From the IMG/VR virus record IMGVR_UViG_3300019487_000017: 64,000 nt of DNA. One strand, 5' to 3'. The DNA is from a virus. Below the pieces are notes generated by a model, which saw nothing but the letters and a program-made list of their open reading frames with translations, did no database searches and had not been told where the DNA came from. Positions 1 to 11,715 of this stretch are shown here, in pieces. The position numbers and the translations under genes were made by a program. Position 1 is the first letter of the stretch, and each line of letters opens with the position of its first letter.

Positions 1-163
1 AATCTTTGCCGTCTTCGTTGGTGAGTCTTCCATCTTCTGTTAAAATATAAACATCAAGAGAATTTTCCAAATCTTTAGTTTGAAAGATTGTGCCTTTTTT
101 CACGTAGGCTTCATCCTCTGGTGAAAGAGGGTAATTGAATATAATTTCATCAAAGAGTCCCAT
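1..163 (-). CDS. Partial phage-type hypothetical protein (MGLFDEI...FQTKDL), runs off the window start
   Basis: ATG at 163 on the minus strand, open to position 1; own translation MGLFDEIIFNYPLSPEDEAYVKKGTIFQTKDLENSLDVYILTEDGRL. Confidence 0.6.
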   Translation of the reverse strand, partial: MGLFDEIIFNYPLSPEDEAYVKKGTIFQTKDLENSLDVYILTEDGRLTNEDGKD

Positions 164-465
164 ATAGTCATTCCTATTTATTCAAAAGCACATAAGCCTA
201 TTTCTTCATAAGACATAGAGCCTGAATGTGTTTCGTTCAGGTTGGCATACATATGTGTTGTTTGTTGTCTAATAGCTACTACAACTGTAGAGGGTTTAAA
301 GCCAAATTCTTTTCGAAACATTTTTATTAATTCTCGTTGGTTGTGTAAACGTGTTCTTTGTATATACCTGTTAGCCAGGTATTTATCTCTTGATGAGATA
401 TTATGTTTTTTTATAAAAGTTCTTCTTTGAATACAGCATTTGTTTTCAAATGTCGGTAAAATCAC

Positions 466-867
466 TTATATTAATAAATGTTGTGTAGTCCATTGGGAAT
501 CACTTAGCACCTGTTGCATTGCATATCGTGTTACGATATTTATTATTAATGGAGCGCGTAGGTTTGCCACTGGAGATTGATTAACTTTGGAGCAGATGAC
601 TAATAATCGTGATAATTTGCGGTCTATTTTCTGCCAGATTTCTTCGCTATCGTAGTTTTCAAAGAAGAGAGAGGGGTCTGTTACTACGAATGCAATGTTC
701 GGTTCTTCAATGGATTGTAGCCAGAAGAAGTAGCTATTTTCTTCTTGTTGTATAAGCACAAAACGTGTGTGATTTGGGAAGCCTATTAAACCATTTGAAA
801 AGGTAATAACACTTTGTGTGTCAATATCAATTTCGCCAAAATGTTTTGTTTTGATAATCATAATCAC
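466..867 (-). CDS. fliW: Flagellar assembly factor FliW (CsrA antagonist)
   Basis: IKTKHFGEI, ITFSNGLIGF, FFWLQS, AFVVTDPSLF, ANLRAPLIIN, AMQQVL match the FliW pattern; ~130 aa. Confidence 0.85.
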   Translation of the reverse strand: MIMIIKTKHFGEIDIDTQSVITFSNGLIGFPNHTRFVLIQQEENSYFFWLQSIEEPNIAFVVTDPSLFFENYDSEEIWQKIDRKLSRLLVICSKVNQSPVANLRAPLIINIVTRYAMQQVLSDSQWTTQHLLI

Positions 868-869
868 CT

Positions 870-1595
870 TTAAAAGAGTTTCTTTTCGCTTAAAATAACT
901 TCAGGTGGTTTTTCTATAGGTTCAGGAATTTCGGATTGAGCAGATTGTAACATCTTCCAGTATTTAACGCAACCTTCCATTGCATCTAATGAGCAGACTT
1001 TTGGAGGTTGAGGGACAAGTTTTTCGGGAAGTAGTTTTCCAAGTTCATTGTAATTTTCCCAGCACCAATCTTGTCCTTCTTTGGTAAGGAACATTCTGAT
1101 ACCATTTCTAAGTTTAATAACTTCATCAATTAGTTGTGGTGCGTTTAGTTTAACTAAAGAGAAATCATTTTCATTATCTTGATATAGAAGATAATTAATA
1201 AACTCTTGTGACTCAAATATTTTAGATCGTTCCATGAGAGGTGTGGGATGAGGCCAGAACCAGTCCCATAATTCGCATTTGCTTTTTTCTTCTTCGGGAA
1301 CAGTTGGGATGCCGCTTTTCCAGTCTGCGGTCATAACGATAACTGTATAATGTTTTTGATGATCTGGCCAAGGGCGGTTATAACAAGTTAGGTATTTGAT
1401 GTTTTCTATTTCGAGGGTTGTTTCTTCGCGGACTTCTCTGATAGCGCAGTCTTTCCATGATTCATACATATCTAATTTGCCGCCGGGGATTTGCCATGTA
1501 TTAGCGCCTGGTTCGCTTAGACGTTTGCCAAAGAGAAATTTATTGTCTTTTTTGACAAGGACAGAAACCCCTACTTGTGGTTGTAATGTTGTCAT
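870..1595 (-). CDS. Nudix hydrolase (NUDT15-like) with C-terminal extension
   Basis: Nudix box GGKLDMYESWKDCAIREVREET; VGVSV N-terminus; KCELWDWF. Confidence 0.85.
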   Translation of the reverse strand: MTTLQPQVGVSVLVKKDNKFLFGKRLSEPGANTWQIPGGKLDMYESWKDCAIREVREETTLEIENIKYLTCYNRPWPDHQKHYTVIVMTADWKSGIPTVPEEEKSKCELWDWFWPHPTPLMERSKIFESQEFINYLLYQDNENDFSLVKLNAPQLIDEVIKLRNGIRMFLTKEGQDWCWENYNELGKLLPEKLVPQPPKVCSLDAMEGCVKYWKMLQSAQSEIPEPIEKPPEVILSEKKLF

Positions 1596-2891
1596 ACGTT
1601 ATGTAATCGCCTTTGTGCCAGTTCGGGAGATTAAGGCAGTTAAGACCATGTAGTTTATAGACTAGGATTTACATAAATACTGAAGACAGTTTTATTTTCC
1701 GCCACATTTACATCCTTATGGAGAGCATCACTGGGGATGATACTGTAATAATGGTTAGCCATAGGATATTTATTAAACATTTCAGATTTTTGTACACAAA
1801 ATTGAAGTCCGCATTTAAGACCGTAAATGCATCCAGATATGAGTGTTGTTACAAATAGAGAACTTTGGTTTATAAGATCGCATTGTAGATCGCAGAAGGG
1901 GCAGATTAGTATGTTATTTAGTTGTTGTATTCCTACATTAGTATTTATGGTATTTTCTATTTTAGGGCATATTTGTGCAATTCTTGATTTTTCAAGATGG
2001 TTTTTATTCTTAAATCTTTGTTCTACAGAAAAAGAGCAGATATAATCATATGAGGTTATAATTACATCATTGGAGTGGTGTAATATATAACATCCTTTTC
2101 GTTCTGCTAGACAAAAAGGGCAATAATTGCAGGTAAAAGTAACTTCTTCATTAATAGCATTTTTCATATAGTTTTTTAAAAGTAGACTTCTTCCATAAAG
2201 ACTTCCCAAGTACCTTCATCATCTTTGTATGATGAGATTGTTGTTTGTTTTTCATCTACTTTAAAAACATAAGTTATGCTTTTATCTGTATTTAGAGTTT
2301 CGCAGAAGTAGAGGAACGCTTTATCATTTGGTTCTTGTAGGTTGCCTTTTGCGAATTTGCCTGCTTTTTGGATGATTTGTGGTATACGTGCTTCTTTTGG
2401 GTCGAGTTTAACGACGCAGCGTTTTTGGTTATTAACGGTTGTAGTTTCTACTATCATGGTTTGTGTCTTTTTAAGCAGGTCATTAATATGAGAAGTAACG
2501 TACTATATGCTGGAAAAATTTTAGGCTGGAGAAAATTTACAACAATGTGTTTTTTTTATGAATATATAAATAGTTTAAGTATAAAAGGATAATAAAAATG
2601 ATAGTACAATGTAAAGATCTAGATACAAAAACGATTATTTATTTTAATACAAAAGAAATATCTTTTCTGGCGACATCGCTCCAGCCTTTATTTATGGCAA
2701 AACTTGGACATTCTATTTTACAAAGTCCTAAGAATGTGAACTTTGTACTTTTAAAAGACGGGCAGCATATTTTTGTTGATGATAATCAATTTGATAATTT
2801 ACTGCACATTATGAGGGATGAAGATGGGTCTGCAATCATGGATTTAGATAAGAATAAGGAAACTAGAAAAAATTGAAGAAGTTAAGTAAAT

Positions 2892-3143
2892 ATGAATTGG
2901 TTTAAAAGAGCTGGATTAGGAGATGGTCAGGCGTGGGTAATGCCGTCATCTTTTATTCCACCGACACGTCGTGGTAACATCATATCTGGTTTAGAAAGAG
3001 TTATACAACAGAATTCGACTTATTTAGCTCAATTAGGGATGTTAGATTATGAGCAAAAAGGGAAGAACATTAATGTTTGGTTTGCGAAGGTAATAGAGGG
3101 TTTAATGACTCAAGATGGGGTAAAGGGTCAGCGTTTGTCTTGA
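2892..3143 (+). CDS. Hypothetical protein with N-terminal NWFKRA motif
   Basis: ORF track; starts MNWFKRAG. Confidence 0.6.
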   Translation: MNWFKRAGLGDGQAWVMPSSFIPPTRRGNIISGLERVIQQNSTYLAQLGMLDYEQKGKNINVWFAKVIEGLMTQDGVKGQRLS

Positions 3144-3676
3144 GTTCTCCCCTAGCACATTTATGAGCAAGTTTATTTTCTCTGCGTGGAACATAATTAA
3201 CATTATGTCTCATAACAGAAACATAGCAATCTGAATAGATTTTTTCATCTGGAAAAATTATTCGCGCTCTTTTAATTGCTTCTGATTCTGGATTTTGATT
3301 AGTTTTAAGTTTTATTCTAATAGAGCAGGCTATTCGTTTGGATTTAATTTGTACGATTCCGACCCATTGAACACCATTTAACTTTGAAGCATCTACATAG
3401 ACTCCATTAGGTCTTTGGAGATAAGCAGCCATTTTCTTATAAGTTTTGCGCCGGTCTTTTTCGGTTACGCCTGGTTCCCATAGCCAACCAGAAAGTACTC
3501 TTTGAGAGTATTTAAGATAGCCTATGTTTGCTGGAATTGAGAAAAGATTAGTCTCCTTTGAATCTTTATCAGGCATTAACATCCTCCGCATTGCTCATTA
3601 ATTTGTTCTTTTAAGTATTTTAGGACTTCTCCCCACAGATTTATTGAGACAGGGGAGAAACTCTAAAATATCTATT

Positions 3677-4264
3677 TTAACGTTTTCTACGGATCATGAA
3701 CGGGAGGGCTAAGAAAGCGAGTGATGTAGGTTCAGGAATTACTGACATGAATTCAAAATCAGGATATGGTTCTTGCAAGCGCCAGACAACCCGTGCATCC
3801 CAATAAGTGATACCATCAGAAATATATTCATTGTAATCAGCAGTAGCTTGAATAACATTGAACGGTGTAATAGAGGCATAAATAGATGCGTAGTTATCAA
3901 ATGTATTGGTTTCAAAATTATAGGGAGCATTAAGGTTCATAGCTGTAACAACGCTAATACCATTACGATTAAAGTCAGAGGCATGAATAATATCATCGAA
4001 TGTTTCTGCAGGCTGGACTCTGCCGTAAAAAGAAACATTCATATTTCCATCGCCTGAATACCATAATCCTGCAGCATCAATAAGATGAGGCGTCAAAATG
4101 AGGGCATTCATTACAACAGTTGGTCTACCGCTATCACTGGTGGTATTGGTGTAAAAATTCAATGTTACACCATCGATAGTAGTAGTGCCTGCGAGGGATC
4201 CAAACGTCATTACGGGGGTAATGAGGAAGGACAGAAGAACGATAAGGAAATTAGAGTTTTTCAT
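3677..4264 (-). CDS. Secreted PEP-CTERM (exosortase-target) protein
   Basis: N-terminal signal peptide MKNSNFLIVLLSFLITPVMTFG; C-terminal VIPEPTSLAFLALPFMIRRKR (PEP, hydrophobic segment, basic tail). Confidence 0.8.
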   Translation of the reverse strand: MKNSNFLIVLLSFLITPVMTFGSLAGTTTIDGVTLNFYTNTTSDSGRPTVVMNALILTPHLIDAAGLWYSGDGNMNVSFYGRVQPAETFDDIIHASDFNRNGISVVTAMNLNAPYNFETNTFDNYASIYASITPFNVIQATADYNEYISDGITYWDARVVWRLQEPYPDFEFMSVIPEPTSLAFLALPFMIRRKR

Positions 4265-4907
4265 ACAAGAGATTTAGAGAATAATTAGAATCAGGAGATA
4301 AGGGGATTTTATTTGTCGGAAAATTTATTCAATTCAGATTGAATCACATCAATATTAAACATTTGATGTTGTTGTTCTTCTAAGAAGGCTTTTACATGTA
4401 GTGACATTATATACAGTGCATCTTTTGCAAGACTTGGAGATTCTATTGGGAATATATTTCCCAGCATATATCCTCCTGTTTCAGTATTTACTCTTTTGAT
4501 GAGGTTATTTTCAAAATCAAAATATGGGTATACTGTGTAGGTTTGCCCCATTAAGACACTAGTGTATTTAGGGAATAGATAGACACATTTAATAGAATTC
4601 TCGCTACTCCAAGCATATAAACCAGGTTTTAAATTTTCAAGTTTATTCATTTAATTTCCTTAAGTCTTTAAATGTATGGGGGAACCAATACACTTTCCAT
4701 CCATTTTTAAATTTGCCAGTTCTTGAGCATTCTGATTGCCCTGGAGGTTCTATATGAGCAACGATAGCGGTAGCTACGGGTAGCTTATCAAAATTAAAAA
4801 CAATAGTATCACCAACTTCGCATTTTGGTTTGAATCGGAAGCTCCAAAACTCCCACATTCCGATTGGTGGTTCTTCCCAAAAATGTCCTCTTGCAACAGA
4901 AGGTACA

Positions 4908-5678
4908 TTAATATTCATATGCTATTCTTTCTGGAATTTCTTGTCGAGATGGATATTTTCCATTCCATATTATGTTCCAATTGAGGTTTTTGACAGCTTT
5001 AATTGTGGCTTCTCCAACATAGGTTATATTATTATAACCTAATGAATACAAGAATGCTTTATGGATGAAAGGTAAGATGTTTTCTTGTGTTACTTTTTCT
5101 TTATTGATAGAAACTTTTGTGAATACTGCAGTTAATGGATTAATTATAGGACAGGCATATGCTGTTGCAACATATCCTGCCGCAACAAAATCTTTTTTAT
5201 GCCCCACAACATCTATTAATATATAACTTGAACAACCTGGATGAGTAGTATGTTGTTCTATGAATTCGATATCATGAGATTCTTTCGCATAGACGTGAAT
5301 TCCGTAGTAGATAAGATTACTGGCGAGCTCTATGGCATCCAATTCAACAGCATTTCTATTAGAATTATAAAAGTTGTTTTCATCTAGCTCCAATGTTTGT
5401 GATTGAAACGGGCTTACTACTACTACTACATTGATATTATGTCCTAATAATGGTAGATCTATATAATTGTTGAGCATATCAAGTTTATTACTACATGCAT
5501 AATTTGAAACATATTTTTTATTTGGCGAAGATCTTATTATTGAGCCGTCGTCTTCTCTTTGTATTGGTTCCCCATGCTGATCAAAAAACAGCAAAGAAAA
5601 TAATTTTAAAAATGTCTTTTCATTGGTATCTCCAAATAAGCTATCTACTGTATGTGTAGAAGAAATTTTTAAGCACAT
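4908..5678 (-). CDS. Hypothetical protein
   Basis: 256-aa ORF preceded by oriented TCTCCAG motif at 5734-5740. Confidence 0.55.
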   Translation of the reverse strand: MCLKISSTHTVDSLFGDTNEKTFLKLFSLLFFDQHGEPIQREDDGSIIRSSPNKKYVSNYACSNKLDMLNNYIDLPLLGHNINVVVVVSPFQSQTLELDENNFYNSNRNAVELDAIELASNLIYYGIHVYAKESHDIEFIEQHTTHPGCSSYILIDVVGHKKDFVAAGYVATAYACPIINPLTAVFTKVSINKEKVTQENILPFIHKAFLYSLGYNNITYVGEATIKAVKNLNWNIIWNGKYPSRQEIPERIAYEY

Positions 5679-6016
5679 AATACTTTACCCTTAAATGATG
5701 AGTCTGCATAGTGTAACTGCGAGTTATTTTTATCTGGAGAATGTTAATAATTTATCTCATAATAGCAACCACAGCAATACTTTACGACAATTAGACTATA
5801 CTAAAAGACACAATGTCTATAAAAAGCGGGGGTTTTCTGGAACAGGTCACATTTTGTGAAAATAAGGAAATTCTTATAAAATCATCAATTTTAAGTCCTT
5901 ATATTCTTGGGAGATAAAATTATCTGGAAAACCATAAGTTAAATATTTATGGCATGTATTATGCAATTCTTTAAATTGTCGTAGCGAGTTATTGTTTTTT
6001 TGAAAGGAGTAATTTT

Positions 6017-6709
6017 ATGGCTCAGACTCAACAAGGTAATAGGGGGAATACAAATGCCTCTGGTTCTGGAAGCGGTCAGGACCGCAATAATGATAACAGA
6101 GGCAGAGGTAATTTTGGAAACCCTGAACAACATGCGGAGGCAGGTCGCCAAAGCAGTGGTAATAGGGGGAATCCAGAGCAACATGCAGAAGCTGGCAGAC
6201 AGAGCAGTGGCAATAGAGGGGGTCAACAGGGTGGTTCTGGCGGTCAGCAAAGTGGCTCATCTCGTGAAAAAATGGAATCTCGCTTTCATAACAGAACTAT
6301 AGAACAGATGAGAGATCTTTTGCAAGAAATGCAAAGTGATTTAAGTTTCCATGAAACTTCTGCAGAAGAAATCCGTATGGCTTTGCAAGAAGTTAAGGGT
6401 GAAATCGATCAGATTGGTGAAATAGCTCAACAGTCTGAAGGTTCATCTCAGCAAGGAAAACAATCATCTGGACAAAAACAGGGTGCAGAAGAAGAGGATG
6501 AAGAAAGAGGTCGTGGGCGTCCTGTTGGTTCTGGAAGTGGAACTGGACTTATCTTAGATATCTTGCAAGACGGTCCAAAAAACCGTCGAGATTTGTTAGA
6601 AGAAGCGAAAAAGCGAGGTATCAAGAGTCCCTATTCTTCATTCTACTCTTTAGAAAAGAGTGGAAAAGTAAAAAGGGACAGACAGGACAACGTAACTCTT
6701 GTATCTTAA
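6017..6709 (+). CDS. Gly/Gln-rich protein with KGG/GsiB-like repeats, coiled coil, AT-hook-like GRGRP and C-terminal winged-helix-like segment
   Basis: RBS AAAGGAG upstream; two GN(F/R)GNPEQHAEAGRQSS repeats; ILDILQDGPKNRRDL...LEKSGKV; terminator downstream. Confidence 0.6.
   Translation: MAQTQQGNRGNTNASGSGSGQDRNNDNRGRGNFGNPEQHAEAGRQSSGNRGNPEQHAEAGRQSSGNRGGQQGGSGGQQSGSSREKMESRFHNRTIEQMRDLLQEMQSDLSFHETSAEEIRMALQEVKGEIDQIGEIAQQSEGSSQQGKQSSGQKQGAEEEDEERGRGRPVGSGSGTGLILDILQDGPKNRRDLLEEAKKRGIKSPYSSFYSLEKSGKVKRDRQDNVTLVS
6107..6208 (+). repeat. Two imperfect 51-nt tandem coding repeats
   Basis: Units start at 6107 and 6158, both encoding GNxGNPEQHAEAGRQSS. Confidence 0.85.
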
Positions 6710-6736
6710 ATTATTAATATGATTATTCGCTATGGC

Positions 6737-6767
6737 AAAAGTCACCCTTTTATAGGGTGACTTTTTT
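6737..6767. terminator. Bidirectional intrinsic terminator
   Basis: AAAAGTCACCCT-TTTAT-AGGGTGACTTTTTT between convergent genes. Confidence 0.8.
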
Positions 6768-7881
6768 ATTTAACATCCTATTAAAAATATAAGAATAGAG
6801 ATGAGTACTGCAATGATAGCAGCTATAATAAAGCCATATGGATCGAACCAATCATCATTAAGCACATAATTAGATTCAGATCCATATAATAATTATCCTT
6901 TAGCTTCAGACATTTCTTCTGCTTCTTCTTTTAGGGCGTAATATTCGCTTAATTTGAGCGAACGACATCCATCAATATTAGGGGTTTCTTTATCTTTTAT
7001 TTTTGGTATTAGAAGAAAACGATATTTACCTTCTTCAAATACTTGATTAGTAAAAAGTCTCATTGAGCCATCAGAGAACTGTATATTGCTGGTTGGCTTA
7101 TATAATCGGTTAGCAATATGGGCGTTTGATGGTACTGTAAAAGTTTCCATTAATTTCTGATTCTCTTTTCCTTCTCTTGTTTTTTTATCAGGCACATAAG
7201 TTACATGAGGTGGAAACACCCAACCTCTTTTAGTAATAGATTTCCATCCTTCTTCCATTTTAGCATCTTTTTCAGCTAAAATGCCAGTCATGCTTTCGCC
7301 GCTTGCCAAAGCGCCTGATCCTCCCTGAGAAAGACACCAATCATGTCTTTTCTCATGGTCTTTTTGCATTTTATCTTTGCCTTCGTCAAAGATTTTATTT
7401 TGTTCTTCGCCTTCAATAAGATAAATGTGGTAGTGATCAAAGTTCATAGTTTTCATCCTTTATGATTTGTGTTTAAGGTATATCCTGATTTCTTCATCTG
7501 TTGCATCTTTAACAGAAAAGATTTTAGCATGACGAAATCCGTTAAGAGTATTTAAGTTTGTTAAATTTACTGGAGCAAGAGATAGTGTACCTATAACAAA
7601 TGCTCTACCAGATGCTAAAGGATCTGCTCCTGGTTTAATTGTCAGATTTTCTTCGCGGATTATGACAAGAGAATATTGATTATTTAATAATATGGCACTC
7701 TTCATTTCTCTCAGGGAAAAATTTATATCTGAAGTAACGTATATAGAAGAATTTATAAGTTTATTTTGGTGAATGATACGATTTTGTTGGTTGCATGAAA
7801 CACAATAAAAAAGAAGTAAAATAACGAATAAATATCTCATGTGTTTGATTAATAATTGTAACTTGACTTTTTCTGGAGAGG

Positions 7882-8466
7882 TTAGCCTTTAAGAGCATCG
7901 AGAAATGGTTTCATCTTTTTTAGAGAGATAATTTTTCTCCAAATAGATGTTTTGATTAATTTTTCATCTGAATGATAAGAATAGGTATCTTTATATATAA
8001 CACCATCAGTGATTTTTGCGATGCAATATGAAAGAGCATGTAATGCTTGTAATTTATATAAATATTTTAAAGCAAAAAAGTCAGCATGATATTCGGATAA
8101 TGTTAATGAGTTTTGTTCTGGATACCAGCATTTACAATATCTTTTAGAACAAAGATAGTGTTTATATTCATGTAGCCATGTATATAAGCGTTCTGCAGGG
8201 TGGATATCTTTTTTGAGTAGGATAAATCTTCGTGGAAGATTAACTTGAACGCTTTCTTTTTTATTTAAGTAAACAAACATTCCATCAAAGACATATTCAT
8301 CTAACATTGTTGTAGCTGGTACATTATAAAAATAGAATGTTTTATTTTCAGGTAATAATCTAGAAAGTTTTTTTATAAATTCATTGGGATTTGTATGAAA
8401 TGTTGTAACTTTGCTATCTTTAATTAAATCATTTAAGGTTTTATTATATTGTGAAATTTTTAGCAT
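7882..8466 (-). CDS. Putative HExxH zinc metallopeptidase (ImmA/IrrE-like)
   Basis: RLYTWLHEYKH and downstream EYHADFFA. Confidence 0.5.
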   Translation of the reverse strand: MLKISQYNKTLNDLIKDSKVTTFHTNPNEFIKKLSRLLPENKTFYFYNVPATTMLDEYVFDGMFVYLNKKESVQVNLPRRFILLKKDIHPAERLYTWLHEYKHYLCSKRYCKCWYPEQNSLTLSEYHADFFALKYLYKLQALHALSYCIAKITDGVIYKDTYSYHSDEKLIKTSIWRKIISLKKMKPFLDALKG

Positions 8467-8969
8467 ATTTATTCTAATATATATAACTTCCCGTTAACAA
8501 CAATACATTTAGATGATTGAAGTGGAATAGGACGATCAGATTCTATTAATTGTAAAATAGATTTAGGGCAGGTACGAAAAAGAACAAAGTACGGTTCTTC
8601 AAATGCAGAGTTAGATATGTCATATCCGCTAGATTCCAAGTGTTTAAATCGTTCATAAGAATCTTTTATTTCTTGAGCAGGTTTTATGGAGAACAATATT
8701 AATTCATCAGAAAATTGAACGGATATGTTGTTGTTATTTATATCTATAGGTTTCATGATTTTTCGTACTTAGTTGGTTTCCTGTTTACAGTGCCATAGCG
8801 ATCTTTAACAACTATGTTTTTAGTTCTATCAATGATTTTAATTGCGGTTGAAAAATCGCTAAAAGAACATGTATCTTTGCAACGTATTTTTGCAACGTAT
8901 TTTTCGCTGTTTAGTTTTAAAATTACAAAAGAACAATTTATATCTAGATTTTTTCATCTTTTATATCTT

Positions 8970-9452
8970 TCACTTTTTATCTACAGTATATTTTACTCCA
9001 TCAACAATAAGGTAATTAATGGTTCGTAGATCTACTTGTCTTAATCGATCTTTGCTGTCTGCAATATCCATATCTTCTGCAAGGCATCTTCCTAAGATAT
9101 TATGGCTGATGAGTCTGCCTCTCAGGGTTCGTTCTTTTCCATCTTCTTTGACATAACTGACTGTAAATGGACGATGATAAGAAGAAACAAGGATTTCAGC
9201 AGCTTTGGTTTTCTTTACTGTTTGTTCTTCTTGATATTGGTCTGCTGATGTGGCACTTTCAATTAAATCAACTCCATCTACTTTAATCTCAGGCGCTCCG
9301 GCACCAAGATTGGTTGTGAGCAACGCTGAACCTGACAATACTTCCTTTACTTTTACAAAGAAAGTAATAGCCATTAAATCATTCTTTTTGACTTTCGATG
9401 CTTGAGGTTTGTGAAATGGGCGTGTATCTTGAGAATCGTGTTTATTAGACAT
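8970..9452 (-). CDS. Phage-type hypothetical protein
   Basis: 160-aa ORF; PFTVSYVKEDGKERTLRG and RQVDLRTINYLIVDGVKY. Confidence 0.55.
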   Translation of the reverse strand: MSNKHDSQDTRPFHKPQASKVKKNDLMAITFFVKVKEVLSGSALLTTNLGAGAPEIKVDGVDLIESATSADQYQEEQTVKKTKAAEILVSSYHRPFTVSYVKEDGKERTLRGRLISHNILGRCLAEDMDIADSKDRLRQVDLRTINYLIVDGVKYTVDKK

Positions 9453-9513
9453 ATTTGTATATTCCTTAATTTCTATAACGAGTATTTAGTTTATATATGA
9501 TTTAACCACAAGG

Positions 9514-9732
9514 CTAGTTATTACGTTCTTTTTTCTTCCACATATACCAACCGTATATATTACAAATTTGGTAGGCTGTAAATGTAGTGAAAGCTCCCCA
9601 CTGTTTATTTACAAAGAAGATATACATCCAGAAGCAATTAGCGATTAACCAGACAGGCCAAGATATTTTATTTTGATGAGCGTTTAGAATCACGCCTATT
9701 ACTGATAATATAGTTGCAATCCATTCTATCAT
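9514..9732 (-). CDS. Small PnuC-like (nicotinamide riboside transporter family) membrane protein
   Basis: EWIATILSVIGVIL, WPVWLIAN, NIYGWYMW; three hydrophobic helices. Confidence 0.6.
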   Translation of the reverse strand: MIEWIATILSVIGVILNAHQNKISWPVWLIANCFWMYIFFVNKQWGAFTTFTAYQICNIYGWYMWKKKERNN

Positions 9733-10597
9733 TATTTATTCTTTCACAAAATTATCTAATCCTATGTTGTACATCCAAAGATCGCCGTACTTTTTTCTTA
9801 GGAGAATCCTAATCACTTTTCCGTCTTGTATTTCATCTTTTTTATATTTAAGGCTTTCTTGTTTACAATAGGATACAAAGACAGACTTTTCTTCTGTCGT
9901 AAGAGAAGAACAGCGATATATTCTGATATTTACAGTAGAAATAAAGTGATCGGATGTTATTATGAGGATACGGACATCTGTATAAGTTAAATACGTATTG
10001 TTATACCAGATAAATCCTATACAGGCAGGCACTACTGTTGTTGCTATTATTAGCAACAAGATTAAAAAATTAGAAAGATGCCATTTGTTGTTGTAAGTGC
10101 TTCTGAGCATTTTTAGTTAATGGAAAGCTACTTTGTACAGCACTATAAAAAGTATCTTTTATCCATTCACTATCAATATGAATATGGTGAAGGTTTCCCA
10201 TTTTATCTGATTCGCTATCGAATTGAGTTGTGACTTGATATATAGCCATATATTTGCGATATTCTTCATCTCTAAAAGAACCTTCATAAGATGTTTTCGT
10301 ATAAGGCAAATAATCCAAAATATTATCTAAATTCTGTTTAAAGAAGAACGTAGTAGCACCAGGTTCTTGGAGTGGGAGAGTAATATGATTATAAATTTCA
10401 ATAATAAAACAGGGAGGTGTAATATTTTCAAAGACTACAGAACAAACAAAGTTTTCTTTATTTACTGGATACAGTTGTTTATGTAATTCCTCATTAAGCA
10501 AACAGCGAACATAAAGACGTGAATTTGCAGGGTTCTTATAAATATCAGCAATCATTTTGGATTCCTTTCACTATTATATACATTTGCTTGGAATAAT

Positions 10598-10612
10598 CTG
10601 GAGATTCTCCTG
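10598..10612. promoter_or_regulatory. Back-to-back TCTCC(A/T)G motifs serving divergent genes (example of a recurring upstream motif)
   Basis: CTGGAGA-T-TCTCCTG between genes starting at 10555 (-) and 10655 (+); about 20 oriented copies in the window. Confidence 0.6.
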
Positions 10613-11022
10613 TGATATTGTGATTGAATTTATTCCTTTTATCAAGGAGCAAATATGAGGCTAGGTTTAATATTGGCCCAAACATTGGATATGTGTTGTC
10701 CTGTTTGTGGGCTAGGTTCAGGAGAAGATGAAGATTATGCAGGGGAGATTACACTTCGTTGTTTGTCTGATATTTCATTAGATTATTCTGAAGTTGCAAA
10801 GAAAAGAACAGCAAATTGTCCCAGATGTGGTAAACCAGTTATGCCGACATTTATGATTATTAGGGTCTATAAAAAAGTAAGATCACTCCATATTAACGAT
10901 TATAAGTCAACAATGGAGATCTTTAATCTTGGACCATTTACAAAATGGGAAGCAAAAAGCGTAGTTAGAGCAGAAAATAAAAAGATTAAGATAACATAAA
11001 TATTTATTCGATTGGATATTAT

Positions 11023-11715
11023 ATGGCAAAGTCATCTCGAATATACACTGCGGAAGAAAAAGAAAATCATCGTTCTGCTTATAAAGAATATATAAAAGCA
11101 CGTAAAAGATATCATCAAGAATTGGGAAATGGCGAATGGCAAAATATAAGCTGGAATGAATTTTTGAATCTTGTTACTCAAAAAGAAGAAATACATCTTT
11201 CGCCTGATTATCCACATTGCCCATTTTGCAATTCAGATGAATTGGAATTTTGTAAAAGAGAAGAAACACTAGTTGCTAGTTATGGCATTTACGACTCTAA
11301 TCATCATTGGATACATTATAAATGTAAAAAATGCAATGAACTTTTTATTATGGAATATAATGGATGTAATAATGCAAAACCTTTGCCACGATATAATGTT
11401 TGGTATACACAGTGTAAAAAGGTATTAAAGGGCATTCCAACTTGTTTTGAATCATATTTATATACTTGTCGTTATTGTGGAGGAAACGTCCAACGTCAAT
11501 CAGAAGATGAGATAGACGTAATTAATTATTATAATTGTCATACCAAACCTAAAATAATTTTTAAATGCCTTAATTGTAAAGAAGAAGTTAAATCAAGTAA
11601 TAATTATTTTTGTTGGGATTCTCCTCACCGTCCCAAAAAACCTTTTAAACCAAGAATGAAACTTCGTCTAGGTTGGAAAATCTATGAAGAAGTCGGAATT
11701 GCAGTAATTAATTAG
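11023..11715 (+). CDS. Cys-rich hypothetical protein with several CxxC motifs
   Basis: CPFC, CKKC, CRYC, CLNC. Confidence 0.55.
   Translation: MAKSSRIYTAEEKENHRSAYKEYIKARKRYHQELGNGEWQNISWNEFLNLVTQKEEIHLSPDYPHCPFCNSDELEFCKREETLVASYGIYDSNHHWIHYKCKKCNELFIMEYNGCNNAKPLPRYNVWYTQCKKVLKGIPTCFESYLYTCRYCGGNVQRQSEDEIDVINYYNCHTKPKIIFKCLNCKEEVKSSNNYFCWDSPHRPKKPFKPRMKLRLGWKIYEEVGIAVIN

Noticed and set aside
5939-6302. Overlapping ORFs 5939-6250, 6000-6302 and 6015-6260
   Set aside because: Shadow frames of the low-complexity 6017-6709 gene, which has the RBS and terminator
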